Assembly (NCBI GenBank): GCA_963662985.1
Contig: OY760067.1
Span: forward strand, 1,407,287 to 1,471,286
Origin: Anaerolineales bacterium
GTDB taxonomy: Bacteria > Chloroflexota > Anaerolineae > Anaerolineales > UBA11579
Direction of reading: 5' to 3'
DNA: 64,000 bases
Notes under the pieces: model-generated
Database searches by the model: none
What the model was told of the DNA's origin: nothing
What the model saw: only the letters and a program-made list of their open reading frames with translations
Shown: piece by piece, positions 9,932 through 19,631 of the stretch
How the letters are laid out: every line of letters starts with the position of its first letter
Numbering within the stretch: position 1 is the stretch's first letter
Position numbers and translations under genes: made by a program

Positions 9932-11368
9932 ATGTTTAAAAAAAATCAAAACCTATCGTTGATTAAACAATTTCAACTTAATATTGTTAGAATTCTTGTT
10001 TTCTCTTTAGGGGCCACGATCATTACTTATTTGTTTGCATTCATTTTGTTTGAAACCATCAACTATAAAAGCCTGTATCCTGCAAATTATTATGAAAATC
10101 AAATTCCAGCGATTGAAGAATATATTCAGCAAAAAAATGTGCAATTACTCAACTCTTCTCAAAAAGAAAATCTTGAACAGCAAATTGACCCCAATGGAAT
10201 AAAATATCAAGTTATTGATGAAAATGCAGAATTTCTATATGGCACTTTTTCCGAACCGATTATTCAATCAAAACAAGAAATATATACTTATTTAAATAAT
10301 TTGACCCGCCTCAATGACGAATTTGTTCGAACCACGCCGCTGTTAGATCAAAATGCAAACATCAAAGGGGCGGTTCTGCTTTCCTATCAAATAAAAATCC
10401 AAACGATTAATCAAACTTCATGGTTATTTATTCTGATTTTATGCGTCGCATTAGGGTCTCCATTTTTATATATGATTGGGTTTACGATATTGTTCTCCAA
10501 AAAATTTGTAAACAACATCAACGCCCCCCTCAGTATTCTTGAAAATGCAGCGAATAATATCAAAGAAAAAAACTTAGATTTTGAAATTAACTATCAATCT
10601 GAAAATGAACTTGGCAAATTAGCCAATGCGTTTTCTGAAATGAAAGAAGCATTGAAAAACTCATTGGAAAAACAATGGAAAATGGAGCAAGATCGCATTG
10701 AAATGGTGGAATCTCTTGCGCATGATCTTAAGACACCATTATCCATTCTTCAAATGTACGCAGAAGCACTTGAAGAGGATTCCCTTGAAGATGTTGAGAA
10801 AAAACAAAGATATTTACAAGTGTTGCAAGAAAATATTCAAAAAAGTATTTATTATGTAAAGCAAATGCAATACATGAGCGAACTAGACACATTCGACTCG
10901 CAAATAGATCTCGCCCCCGTTAATCTAAAACAATTTATCCTTCAAAAAACCAATAATTATCAGTTGAAATTTCAACAAGCGTATATTAATTTTAGCTGTC
11001 GGTTTGAAGGTGATTTTAAGACAAATCTTTCATTAAACGCGAATAATCTTGAACGCATTCTTAATAACCTATTTGAGAATAGCCTATCGCACACCCCTCA
11101 AGGCGGAGAAATTTTGTTGGATGTAAAGAATCAAGATCAGACAATTTATTATCAGTTAACAGATACAGGGGTTGGTTTTTCAGAAAAAGATATCGAAAAA
11201 GGGTTTGAGAAATTTTATCGAGGGGATTATGCCAGAACCAATAAAAATAATAATATTGGTTTAGGATTATTTATTGCTAAAAAACTGATTGAACAAATGG
11301 GGGGAGGTATTGAGCTTAGCAACAATCCGCAAGGGGGAGCTTGTGTTAATTTTTGGCATCCCCTCTAA
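9932..11368 (+). CDS. HAMP sensor histidine kinase (LanK/SpaK-like)
   Basis: Two TMs, HAMP, AHDLKTPL H-box, DTGVGF and GLGL boxes. Confidence 0.93.
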   Translation: MFKKNQNLSLIKQFQLNIVRILVFSLGATIITYLFAFILFETINYKSLYPANYYENQIPAIEEYIQQKNVQLLNSSQKENLEQQIDPNGIKYQVIDENAEFLYGTFSEPIIQSKQEIYTYLNNLTRLNDEFVRTTPLLDQNANIKGAVLLSYQIKIQTINQTSWLFILILCVALGSPFLYMIGFTILFSKKFVNNINAPLSILENAANNIKEKNLDFEINYQSENELGKLANAFSEMKEALKNSLEKQWKMEQDRIEMVESLAHDLKTPLSILQMYAEALEEDSLEDVEKKQRYLQVLQENIQKSIYYVKQMQYMSELDTFDSQIDLAPVNLKQFILQKTNNYQLKFQQAYINFSCRFEGDFKTNLSLNANNLERILNNLFENSLSHTPQGGEILLDVKNQDQTIYYQLTDTGVGFSEKDIEKGFEKFYRGDYARTNKNNNIGLGLFIAKKLIEQMGGGIELSNNPQGGACVNFWHPL

Positions 11369-11471
11369 AACGGCTTTGTTATAAAACGTTAATCTTTCCA
11401 ATAGTAAATTAAATTGAGTCTACTTAGTCATATATAGACCAGTTAGTATAATTAAATCTTAAGGAAAGAAA

Positions 11472-12383
11472 ATGTTAAACTCAAAAAATGATGTGCAACA
11501 AATAACCTCCATCCACAAAGCGACTAACATTGCCTCTGTCTCCTTAAATGTTGCCAATTTAGAGAATCAAATTAACTTCTATCAAAAAGCACTTGGCATG
11601 CACCTCCACTGGAAAGATGAACGCCAAGCTAGCCTTGGGAATGGAGAAAATGAACTTCTTCATCTTACCCAACACTCCGACAATAAGCGTTACCGAGGCA
11701 CCACAGGGCTCTATCACTTTGCCGTACTCTTCCCCAACCAAGCAGAGTTTGCCCGTGCTGTCGCCCGTCTCTATCAACTTCAAGTGCCCAATGCCCCCAC
11801 AGATCACATTCAAACCAAAGCAACCTACTTTGATGATCCTGAAGGAAATGGGATTGAGCTGTATGCAGAATCTCCAGAAGATGGACACTGGGTGATGACG
11901 GATCAGAATTATGTTGCCTATCGGACGGATGGTTATCTGAGTAATGGCCGTGAGCCGATGGACTTAGATCGTCTTTTTTCTCATCTCAAAAAAGGAGAAG
12001 AGCTCAATGTGCCAGTCTCTCAAGAGACTCGTATCGGCCATGTACATTTGTATATGAGCCATGTGCAGCCCGCTTTAGATTTCTATCATGGCATTCTTGG
12101 GTTTGATATTATGGGGCGTTCTAGTAATTACAAAATGGCATTTGTCTCAGCTGGTGGCTATCATCATCATATTGGCCTTAATGCTTGGCAAGGGGAAGGC
12201 GCTCCTTTCGCACCAGCAGATGCACTCGGTCTAAAATATTTTACAGTGAAGTTGCCCACTGAAACAGCGCTCTCTGAAGTGGTCAGTAGAGTGGAAAATG
12301 CTCAAATCCCTTATGAAAAAACGGAGGAAGGTTTTCTCCTTCATGATCCATCTAAGAATGGTGTTTTACTCCGCAATTTTTAA
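11472..12383 (+). CDS. VOC-family protein, catechol 2,3-dioxygenase CatE-like
   Basis: GLYHFA, DH, DPEGNGIELY, GHVHL and GGYHHHIGLN motifs. Confidence 0.88.
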   Translation: MLNSKNDVQQITSIHKATNIASVSLNVANLENQINFYQKALGMHLHWKDERQASLGNGENELLHLTQHSDNKRYRGTTGLYHFAVLFPNQAEFARAVARLYQLQVPNAPTDHIQTKATYFDDPEGNGIELYAESPEDGHWVMTDQNYVAYRTDGYLSNGREPMDLDRLFSHLKKGEELNVPVSQETRIGHVHLYMSHVQPALDFYHGILGFDIMGRSSNYKMAFVSAGGYHHHIGLNAWQGEGAPFAPADALGLKYFTVKLPTETALSEVVSRVENAQIPYEKTEEGFLLHDPSKNGVLLRNF

Positions 12384-12400
12384 CCTCATGATTTGTTGAA

Positions 12401-12432
12401 GAAAAGGGCACTTGGCAACAGGTGCTCTTTTC
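12401..12432 (+). terminator. Intrinsic terminator
   Basis: GAAAAGGGCACTTG-GCAA-CAGGTGCTCTTTTC. Confidence 0.7.
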
Positions 12433-12500
12433 GATTTAAATAGTACTTTCTGATAAAATAAATATAGTAATTTATTTCAATTCAAGAAAATAGGAATAAT

Positions 12501-13409
12501 ATGCCAAGATTAACGTTAGGTGTTCGCCTGTTTAGCGCCCTTCTCAAACTCATTCGTTTCAAAAATGGATTTTCTTTTAAACGATTAATGCAAAACAATA
12601 CCGTTATGCATCATGTCAATCCGCCTCGTTTTATCCAACGTGTTTTTGATTGTCATAAAAATATCATTGACGGGCATCCAGTTTGGACCATTCAGCCTAA
12701 AAATAGCACACCTACCAACCACATCCTTTTTTTTCATGGTGGTGCCTATATTCAAACTTTTACAATTTTTCATTGGCGTTTTATCGCTCAAATTGTGCTC
12801 ACTCAAGGTTGTGCTGTCCATGCCCCCAACTATCCATTGGCACCTCAAAGTCAAGCGAATGAAACCATTCACATGACTCTTCGAACATATAAGCACATTC
12901 TTGAACAAGACGCATGTGAAAAGATTATCTTAATGGGAGATTCAGCTGGAGGTGGCTTAGCACTTGCCCTTACGCAATTAATTCGAGATCAAGGATTATG
13001 TCTTCCCGTTCACACTATCATGCTTTCACCATGGTTGGATATTCGTTTGAATAATCCTGTAATCCCAGAAGTGGATAAAGTAGATCCTTTATTAGGGATT
13101 GAAGGACTCATTGAAGCAGGCAAGTCCTATGCAGGTGAATTACCGCCAGACCATCCTTTTGTCAGCCCCATCACTGGTAATTTAGAGAATCTTCCCCCTA
13201 TATCTACTTTCATTGGCACGCATGATATTCTCTATCCCGATTGTGTTAAGCTTAAAAATGAACTCCAAGCATTAGGCAATGAAGGAATTTATTATGAAGC
13301 AGAAGGAATGCTGCATGATTGGGTGCTTTATCCGCTTCTTTCTTCATTAGATAGTCGTCTTACAATATTTAAGATCATTCGAGAATCATTTCAGCAAGCA
13401 AATATATAA
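12501..13409 (+). CDS. Alpha/beta hydrolase (HSL-like esterase)
   Basis: HGGAY oxyanion motif, GDSAGG nucleophile elbow, SPWLD, catalytic His in MLHDW. Confidence 0.92.
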   Translation: MPRLTLGVRLFSALLKLIRFKNGFSFKRLMQNNTVMHHVNPPRFIQRVFDCHKNIIDGHPVWTIQPKNSTPTNHILFFHGGAYIQTFTIFHWRFIAQIVLTQGCAVHAPNYPLAPQSQANETIHMTLRTYKHILEQDACEKIILMGDSAGGGLALALTQLIRDQGLCLPVHTIMLSPWLDIRLNNPVIPEVDKVDPLLGIEGLIEAGKSYAGELPPDHPFVSPITGNLENLPPISTFIGTHDILYPDCVKLKNELQALGNEGIYYEAEGMLHDWVLYPLLSSLDSRLTIFKIIRESFQQANI

Positions 13410-13565
13410 TGAGAGCTTCTGATAGATTCTGACAGTCTCAATTTTGAGTTGAGAGAGACTTGATAGAGATTGCAATCTCCTCCATTCTATAATCATAGTG
13501 ATCGCATATTTTTTGCAGATCGCAACTCTACCATATTGGTAAATAAATAGAAAGTGAAGGAACAT

Positions 13566-15422
13566 ATGTCTGAAACAATCACGAATCTAGAAAATGAAAC
13601 AATAACCAAACCATCCAAATTCAAAAGCAAACGACTTTGGTGGATCTTTACCGTTATAGTTATTATCACTATCGGTCGGGATGTTCTCATCAGTCCACCC
13701 CAATGGAAATCATTTAATGATCATTTTTCTGCAATTGGATTTTTCCTTTGGGTTGCTCTCAGCACAATCCTATTACTGATAGAAAAGAGAAGGCTGTCTA
13801 AATTGGCATTTGTGGATTATTATCACGCATTGTCGATTTTGCTACTTGCTTTCGTTCCCATCTGGCGCACAGAAGAATTGGTCTTCATCCCCGCTATCAT
13901 ACTCTCAATCGCTCTTTTGTTAGCCATGCTTCTGTCTTCAGACCGATCATATTTAGCGCAAGGCACTTTACTTGGAGTTGTCGTTCGCTTTTTTGGCACA
14001 ATTGGCCGTGGATTTCAAGGTCTTGGCACTTCTTTCCAAACTCTCAAACAAGAAACACCTAAAGAGCGATCACGCAAAATCATTCTCTCAGTTCTGTTTG
14101 GGCTTCTCTTGGCGCTTCCATGGGTAGTGGTTTTCTTAGCGCTTTTTTCTAGTGCAGATGCAATTTTCCAAAATCGTTTAGAAAATATCTTTGAAATTAT
14201 CTCCTTTGAATTGATCTTACGAATCATTGTAAATTTATTTTGGTTAGTGGTATTCAGTGTGCTCTTCTTTGGTTATCTTAGCAACCTCGATACAAAACCA
14301 TCAAAATTCAAGACCCCCACATTTCTTGGCAGTATTGAGGTTATCATAGTTCTTGGCACTGTTATTCTGATCTTCTTAAGCTTTATTATCATTCAATTCA
14401 GATACTTTTTTGCTGGCGAACAAATGATTAACGTTGATGGGTACACCTATGCAACCTATGCACGACGAGGTACCAGTGAATTGATTTTCGCAAGTGCCCT
14501 TGCTATCGGTATGTTGCAGATACTCAAATTCTTCAAGAAACAAGCTTCCCCCACAGGAGATCGCATTTTCAAAATCGGCTACGGCGTACTAATTGCAGAA
14601 ATTGGGATTGTGCTTATCTCTGCCTATCAACGACTTCGTCTGCTTGAGAACACCTATGGCGTCACCTCAATTCGTCTCACTGGGCATGTCTTCATCATTA
14701 CCATGGCGGTTTTCTTGATTGCACTATATCTTGATGAACTTTTGCTCAAACAAAACCATCTTCTCTTTTTGCTCAGCTCATGGGCTACCGTTTTTGTTCT
14801 CACTCTTGCGGCACTCAACATGCCAGCTATGGCAGTACGCATCAATCAAGATGTTCATGGAGATGCTGGTATTGATTGGTATTATCTACGTTCACTTCCA
14901 GATGACGGTGTACCTGCTTTGATCGAAAGCCTACAGTCGCAAGACTTTGATCAAACTCAAATGGGAAACACTGCCAATCAAGCACAATATGAAGAAATGT
15001 TGGCTGAGCTCAGTTGCCGTGAATTTAATAATCATTATTTTCTTGGTCAACAAATTCCCAATTCTCGTTGGTATTGGCGTATTGATATGCTCAAAGCGAT
15101 AATAGCCATTGAAGATAACAAAACACTCTGGGCAGACTATCCTGTGCAAACTGATCTTGAAATTTGCAAACAATACACTAGCGTAGATCAATGTTTTGTC
15201 AATCAAGATCTTTTAGAACAAGTGCAACAAGAGCCTTGGCATGCCTTTTATGTAGACCTCACAAAATACGATCAAGAAGAATTGCAAGATCAGCTTCAAA
15301 ATCTCTTAGAAGATCAATACTATAAAAATTTATCAGCCGAAGATCTTGAGGTTGAACTTCAATATATTCAAGAAAATTACACGCGATATTATTGTGATAT
15401 TGATTACTACAGAGGCTGGTAA
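13566..15422 (+). CDS. DUF4153-like polytopic membrane protein
   Basis: SADAIF, QFRYFF, YATYARRG, RL..YG.T..R and D..YL..L..D motifs; start placed at the ATG after AAGGA. Confidence 0.85.
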   Translation: MSETITNLENETITKPSKFKSKRLWWIFTVIVIITIGRDVLISPPQWKSFNDHFSAIGFFLWVALSTILLLIEKRRLSKLAFVDYYHALSILLLAFVPIWRTEELVFIPAIILSIALLLAMLLSSDRSYLAQGTLLGVVVRFFGTIGRGFQGLGTSFQTLKQETPKERSRKIILSVLFGLLLALPWVVVFLALFSSADAIFQNRLENIFEIISFELILRIIVNLFWLVVFSVLFFGYLSNLDTKPSKFKTPTFLGSIEVIIVLGTVILIFLSFIIIQFRYFFAGEQMINVDGYTYATYARRGTSELIFASALAIGMLQILKFFKKQASPTGDRIFKIGYGVLIAEIGIVLISAYQRLRLLENTYGVTSIRLTGHVFIITMAVFLIALYLDELLLKQNHLLFLLSSWATVFVLTLAALNMPAMAVRINQDVHGDAGIDWYYLRSLPDDGVPALIESLQSQDFDQTQMGNTANQAQYEEMLAELSCREFNNHYFLGQQIPNSRWYWRIDMLKAIIAIEDNKTLWADYPVQTDLEICKQYTSVDQCFVNQDLLEQVQQEPWHAFYVDLTKYDQEELQDQLQNLLEDQYYKNLSAEDLEVELQYIQENYTRYYCDIDYYRGW

Positions 15423-15439
15423 GTTTAAATAAATTAATA

Positions 15440-15472
15440 AAAAAAGCTTCTTATTCAATAAGGAGCTTTTTT
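15440..15472 (+). terminator. Intrinsic terminator
   Basis: AAAAAAGCTTCTTATT-C-AATAAGGAGCTTTTTT. Confidence 0.75.
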
Positions 15473-15647
15473 GTTAAAAAATTGAAAAATTTAAACATTG
15501 ATTAATCTGTATTATGATAATTTACTCCTAATTAATGATATACTGTTATAAGTAATTGGGGGAAGCACCAATGAACAAAAATCCTGCGTCCAAAACCATC
15601 ATAAATATCCCTCTCAATAAATGTATCTATATTTTTTAGGAGAAAAA

Positions 15648-16289
15648 ATGAAGAACAAAACATTATTAGTTATTGTATTTGCTTTAATCGCAGTCCTTGC
15701 AATTGGACATTTTTCAGCAGGTGCTGCTACAGGTTCAACTCTCGAAGAACAAGCCAGTCAAGCTTGTACAACTTTCGGAGGCACATTTGTCTATAATGCT
15801 GCCAATGAAACAGGTGTTTGTTATAACCTACAAGATGCTTGGACTTTACGCCATGTTTGTGGCAGTGAAGATTATGGCTATATCACTATTTATGCTGATA
15901 AAAATAAAATAGGTGGAACAATTAGTGATCCACTTACTTATATGACAAACTTCCATTGTGGTTTTATTGATCTTTCACAAAAAACTATTGAACAACAAGG
16001 ACGTTGTAAGTTCTCTTCAGTGGGTGATGCCTATTTAGGCGGTACAGTATCTACAACTGGTATGGGAGCTCCCAATATCCTTCGTTTACAAGCAAATGGT
16101 AAAACTTTTAAACTTCCTGTTATCGAAAGCTCAATTAATCAATTAGATGACGGCACATTCAAAGCAGAATACTATACCATTGATCCATTAACCAGCCAAC
16201 CACTCGTTCAACCTGGTGCGTATAAAGCAGATTGTATGGGAACTGGTGGTACTGCTGGAACACAATTTAATGTCACAATTACCAGATAA
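15648..16289 (+). CDS. Secreted hypothetical protein with six cysteines
   Basis: AGGAG RBS, signal peptide MKNKTLL...AGA, own terminator; family not recognised. Confidence 0.75.
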   Translation: MKNKTLLVIVFALIAVLAIGHFSAGAATGSTLEEQASQACTTFGGTFVYNAANETGVCYNLQDAWTLRHVCGSEDYGYITIYADKNKIGGTISDPLTYMTNFHCGFIDLSQKTIEQQGRCKFSSVGDAYLGGTVSTTGMGAPNILRLQANGKTFKLPVIESSINQLDDGTFKAEYYTIDPLTSQPLVQPGAYKADCMGTGGTAGTQFNVTITR

Positions 16290-16306
16290 TCAAAAATAGT
16301 TTTAAT

Positions 16307-16339
16307 AAAAAGCAACTCTTTTTACAGAGTTGCTTTTTT
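16307..16339. terminator. Bidirectional terminator overlapping the stop codon of the convergent gene
   Basis: AAAAAGCAACTCT...AGAGTTGCTTTTTT. Confidence 0.75.
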
Positions 16340-16957
16340 GTTATTTAAATCTCGACACCAGCGGAAATCGCAGAGTTCTGTTCCTTGTGCCAATGTGCTT
16401 GTTCGATGCCAAGAAACTTTTGGCATCATTGCCGAAAGCCAATCATCTGTATGACAAAAACAAGCAGTTAATTCTGGTACATTATAACGTTGCATCATAT
16501 CAAAGTAATAACAACGTTTTACATTCATTGCAAAACAGTTATCAGAGTCTTCAATAATTTGTTCGGAGTTAGGCAAATACGAATTACGACTCATCGCTCG
16601 CAAAGAATAGCGTACCAAAGGATAGGGGTCTGGCAACTTACCCACTAGTTTCATCCCTTGTTTCTGCACTTTGAACAAAACTTCTTGAAAAAGTGTATCT
16701 ATCCATTCGATTGCTTTTTCGCTTGCGATCTCTTCTTTGCCTAAAACAGTATAGATAGCAATTGCAGGGGCAACTCGTTTCAAAAACAATTTCCATTGAG
16801 AGCCATGCGCTGTTTGGCTGGTAGCCTTGACTAGTTCAATATATGTTTTTTGAATTTCAGATAGTATTCTTTTGGCTTGTGCTTCTTCAAAATGACTAGA
16901 TAGGTGTGGATAAAAAGATTTAGAATAAGGAAATTTATTCATCCAATTGGCAAACAT
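16322..16957 (-). CDS. L-2-amino-thiazoline-4-carboxylic acid hydrolase-like (ATC_hydrolase) protein
   Basis: C.Y...EL...FC..D...RT.TLA.G...CDF.W motif. Confidence 0.8.
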   Translation of the reverse strand: MFANWMNKFPYSKSFYPHLSSHFEEAQAKRILSEIQKTYIELVKATSQTAHGSQWKLFLKRVAPAIAIYTVLGKEEIASEKAIEWIDTLFQEVLFKVQKQGMKLVGKLPDPYPLVRYSLRAMSRNSYLPNSEQIIEDSDNCFAMNVKRCYYFDMMQRYNVPELTACFCHTDDWLSAMMPKVSWHRTSTLAQGTELCDFRWCRDLNNKKATL

Positions 16958-16963
16958 ATAGGC

Positions 16964-17695
16964 TCACTGCCCCAATATCTGCATCTTTGCATATACTTCC
17001 GTAAGCATCTCTTGCATTGCGTTCACAGTATTCTCAAGCGTATTTACCTGTTGTGTCAATTGGAAAATAAAGAATCCAGCCACAATCAATCCCACAAACA
17101 AGATTGCAATTGTTACCATCATTAAAGATTGATTTGCACGATACCGCGCCAATTCTTCATCATAGTTAACTGAAGTAGATAATTGAGATTTTGTTGATGT
17201 TGTGGATTGCGGTTTTGGTGAGTCTGTTTTGGTTTTATTTTCAGACTGTTTAGAAGCTGTTTTTCCTTTTCCATATCGTTGCGTAGGAATCACAGTTTTT
17301 GTTTGAATAATTGCAGAGCGTACTTTGTTAGTCTCTGCGAGATCTTCCATGTCATCTTCTAATTCAAGAGCATCATCCAAAGCAATATCCTCTAAGCTGT
17401 CTCGCAATGTTGCCATTGGTTTTGTGATACTTTGTGTATTTTCAAGTGGTGCGTTCTCCAAAATTGGCATCAATCGACCAGTTTCTGGGCAATAATGTAA
17501 TTCTTTTTGATGAGGCTGTCCGCAAAATGGACATTCGATTGTGTCTTCATATGGAATCATTTCCGCAGGTAACAATACTCTTCCAGTGTGTTCACAAAAG
17601 ATAGTGCCACTTGGATGTAATCGTCCACAGATTGCACATAAAAACACATCGTTGGTTGGATTGATAGAATTTGAATCGTTTATTTTACTCATCAC
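16964..17695 (-). CDS. Zinc-ribbon protein with C-terminal TM helix and coiled coil
   Basis: Two CxxC...CxxTG units, low-complexity linker, hydrophobic helix near the C-terminus. Confidence 0.75.
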   Translation of the reverse strand: MMSKINDSNSINPTNDVFLCAICGRLHPSGTIFCEHTGRVLLPAEMIPYEDTIECPFCGQPHQKELHYCPETGRLMPILENAPLENTQSITKPMATLRDSLEDIALDDALELEDDMEDLAETNKVRSAIIQTKTVIPTQRYGKGKTASKQSENKTKTDSPKPQSTTSTKSQLSTSVNYDEELARYRANQSLMMVTIAILFVGLIVAGFFIFQLTQQVNTLENTVNAMQEMLTEVYAKMQILGQ

Positions 17696-17845
17696 AAGAT
17701 CCTCAAAACTTCAGAATTAAATTAAGTATACCCTAAACACTGTTGCTTGTCTTACTTGCATAGCCTCAATTAAGGTAAAATAATACACATCACTGCATAC
17801 AGTAAATATAATTTGTAATTTAGTGATAGAAAACGGGAGGCCGTC

Positions 17846-18049
17846 ATGGCGATCACATGTAAGAAATGTGGCTTAGAATATCTTCGTGAAATTGAATATT
17901 GTGGTCATTGTGGCACATTCATCGCAGAACAGAAAAAAGAAGTGATCTATTGCCCGGTTTGTAACGCAAGAACGCTCCACAATGCACATTATTGTGTGGA
18001 ATGTGGCAAAGCTTTGCCTCAAGCACAACAAACAACTCCTCAATCTTAA
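17846..18049 (+). CDS. Double zinc-ribbon small protein
   Basis: Four CxxC motifs in 67 aa; GGAGG RBS. Confidence 0.8.
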   Translation: MAITCKKCGLEYLREIEYCGHCGTFIAEQKKEVIYCPVCNARTLHNAHYCVECGKALPQAQQTTPQS

Positions 18050-18174
18050 GGTAGTTAACAGATAATATTTTCACTTCGCCCTTGACCCATGCCCCAATTC
18101 AAGCTAAAATTTACAATTGCGCAGGTGAAATGCGTATATTTTGCTATTAAAAGAAATTAGCAACAAGGAAAGCA

Positions 18175-19503
18175 ATGTTTGAAAATCTTTCAGATCGACT
18201 AAATAAAGTATTTGCAGATCTTCGTCGTCGTGGCAAGCTCACGCAAGCCGATGTAGATGAAGGTTTACGCAGCGTTCGTCTCGCTTTACTTGAAGCAGAT
18301 GTACACTTTGATGTCGTCAAAGATATTCTTGCTCGTATCCGAGAAAGAGCCATTGGTGCAGAAGTTTCCAAGGCACTCAATCCCGGTCAACAAGTCATCA
18401 AGATCGTCAATGAAGAACTTGTTCAAACTCTTGGTGAAGCAGCTCCGCTCAATCTCAAAGGTGCCAAACCACGCACTATTATGATGGTTGGTCTGCAAGG
18501 TGCTGGGAAAACCACCACCGCAGCTAAGTTAGCTTCTATGTTGCGCAAAGAAGGAGAACGTGTTCTCCTCGTAGCCGCAGACCCTTACCGACCTGCCGCT
18601 ATTGATCAACTGCAAACCCTTGGGAAAACCATCGGTGTTGAAGTGTTTGCCTCACCCGGTAAACAACCTGCTATGCTCGCTGCCCAAGCGATGATGAAAG
18701 CGTCCATGGGTGGATTCAGCGCAATGATCATTGATACTGCTGGTCGCTCTCAATTAGATGATGCTATGATGCGCGAATTACGCGACATCGCAGGTGCCAC
18801 ACAACCAATTGAAACTTTGCTCGTTGTAGATAGTATGATTGGGCAAGAAGCGGTCAATGTCGCCCAAGGTTTTTCCAAAGCGGTCGATATCACCGGTTTG
18901 ATCCTTACAAAAATAGATGGGGATGCACGTGGCGGGGCTGCAATTTCATTGCGAGCTGTTACAGGTGTGCCCATTAAATATTTAGGTGTTGGCGAAGGTC
19001 TCACTGCACTCGAAGTGTTTGATCCCACCCGCGTTGCTTCACGCATCTTGGGTATGGGAGATGTGATTGGTTTGATCGAAAAAGCTGAATCAGCTCTCGA
19101 TGCAAAAAACGCAGAAGAACAAGCAGAAAAAATGCTCTCTGGCGATTTTACCCTTGAGGATTTTGCATCTCAACTTCGACAGGTGCGCAGCATGGGCCCC
19201 ATTGGGCAGTTGCTCGATATGATGCCCAATATGCCTGGCAACCAACGTCTCAGTCAAAACATAGATAATGAAGCTGCTGAAAAAATGATTAAAAAAACAG
19301 AAGCAATCATCAGTTCCATGACAGTTGCTGAGCGTCAACGCCCGAAAAAGATTATCACTGCAAGTCGCAAACGACGTATTGCAACTGGTTCTGGCACCAC
19401 TCAAGATGATGTCAACCGTGTTCTTAAGCAATATTACGACATGCAAAAGATGATGAAAAGAATGAAGAAATCAGGCATGCGCGGTTTTCCGGGCATGATG
19501 TGA
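18175..19503 (+). CDS. ffh: Signal recognition particle protein Ffh
   Basis: MFENLS, GLQGAGKTT, DTAGR, TKIDGDARGG, Met-rich M domain; TTGACC-17-TAAAAT promoter upstream. Confidence 0.98.
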   Translation: MFENLSDRLNKVFADLRRRGKLTQADVDEGLRSVRLALLEADVHFDVVKDILARIRERAIGAEVSKALNPGQQVIKIVNEELVQTLGEAAPLNLKGAKPRTIMMVGLQGAGKTTTAAKLASMLRKEGERVLLVAADPYRPAAIDQLQTLGKTIGVEVFASPGKQPAMLAAQAMMKASMGGFSAMIIDTAGRSQLDDAMMRELRDIAGATQPIETLLVVDSMIGQEAVNVAQGFSKAVDITGLILTKIDGDARGGAAISLRAVTGVPIKYLGVGEGLTALEVFDPTRVASRILGMGDVIGLIEKAESALDAKNAEEQAEKMLSGDFTLEDFASQLRQVRSMGPIGQLLDMMPNMPGNQRLSQNIDNEAAEKMIKKTEAIISSMTVAERQRPKKIITASRKRRIATGSGTTQDDVNRVLKQYYDMQKMMKRMKKSGMRGFPGMM

Positions 19504-19631
19504 TCGCAAGACACAAACAGAGATCATAGTTTTTTCGTGTGTACCCCTTCAACACACATCCCCCTCTCTATGATTGACATTATGTCTGCTATAATATTGA
19601 ATACAAATAAAAAAATTGAAGGAGCCAGTTA

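Noticed and set aside
6211-16300. Prophage or integrative element at tRNA-Lys
   Set aside because: No integrase or transposase, and I found no duplicate of the tRNA 3' end by eye
18050-18174. SRP RNA next to ffh
   Set aside because: Only short hairpins; the conserved CAGG...GGAA...AGCAG domain IV motif is absent
19516-19575. Nested stems between ffh and rpsP as a novel ncRNA
   Set aside because: Stems are short (6-7 bp) and no motif is recognisable; could be a processing or termination structure, and cannot be supported without comparative data
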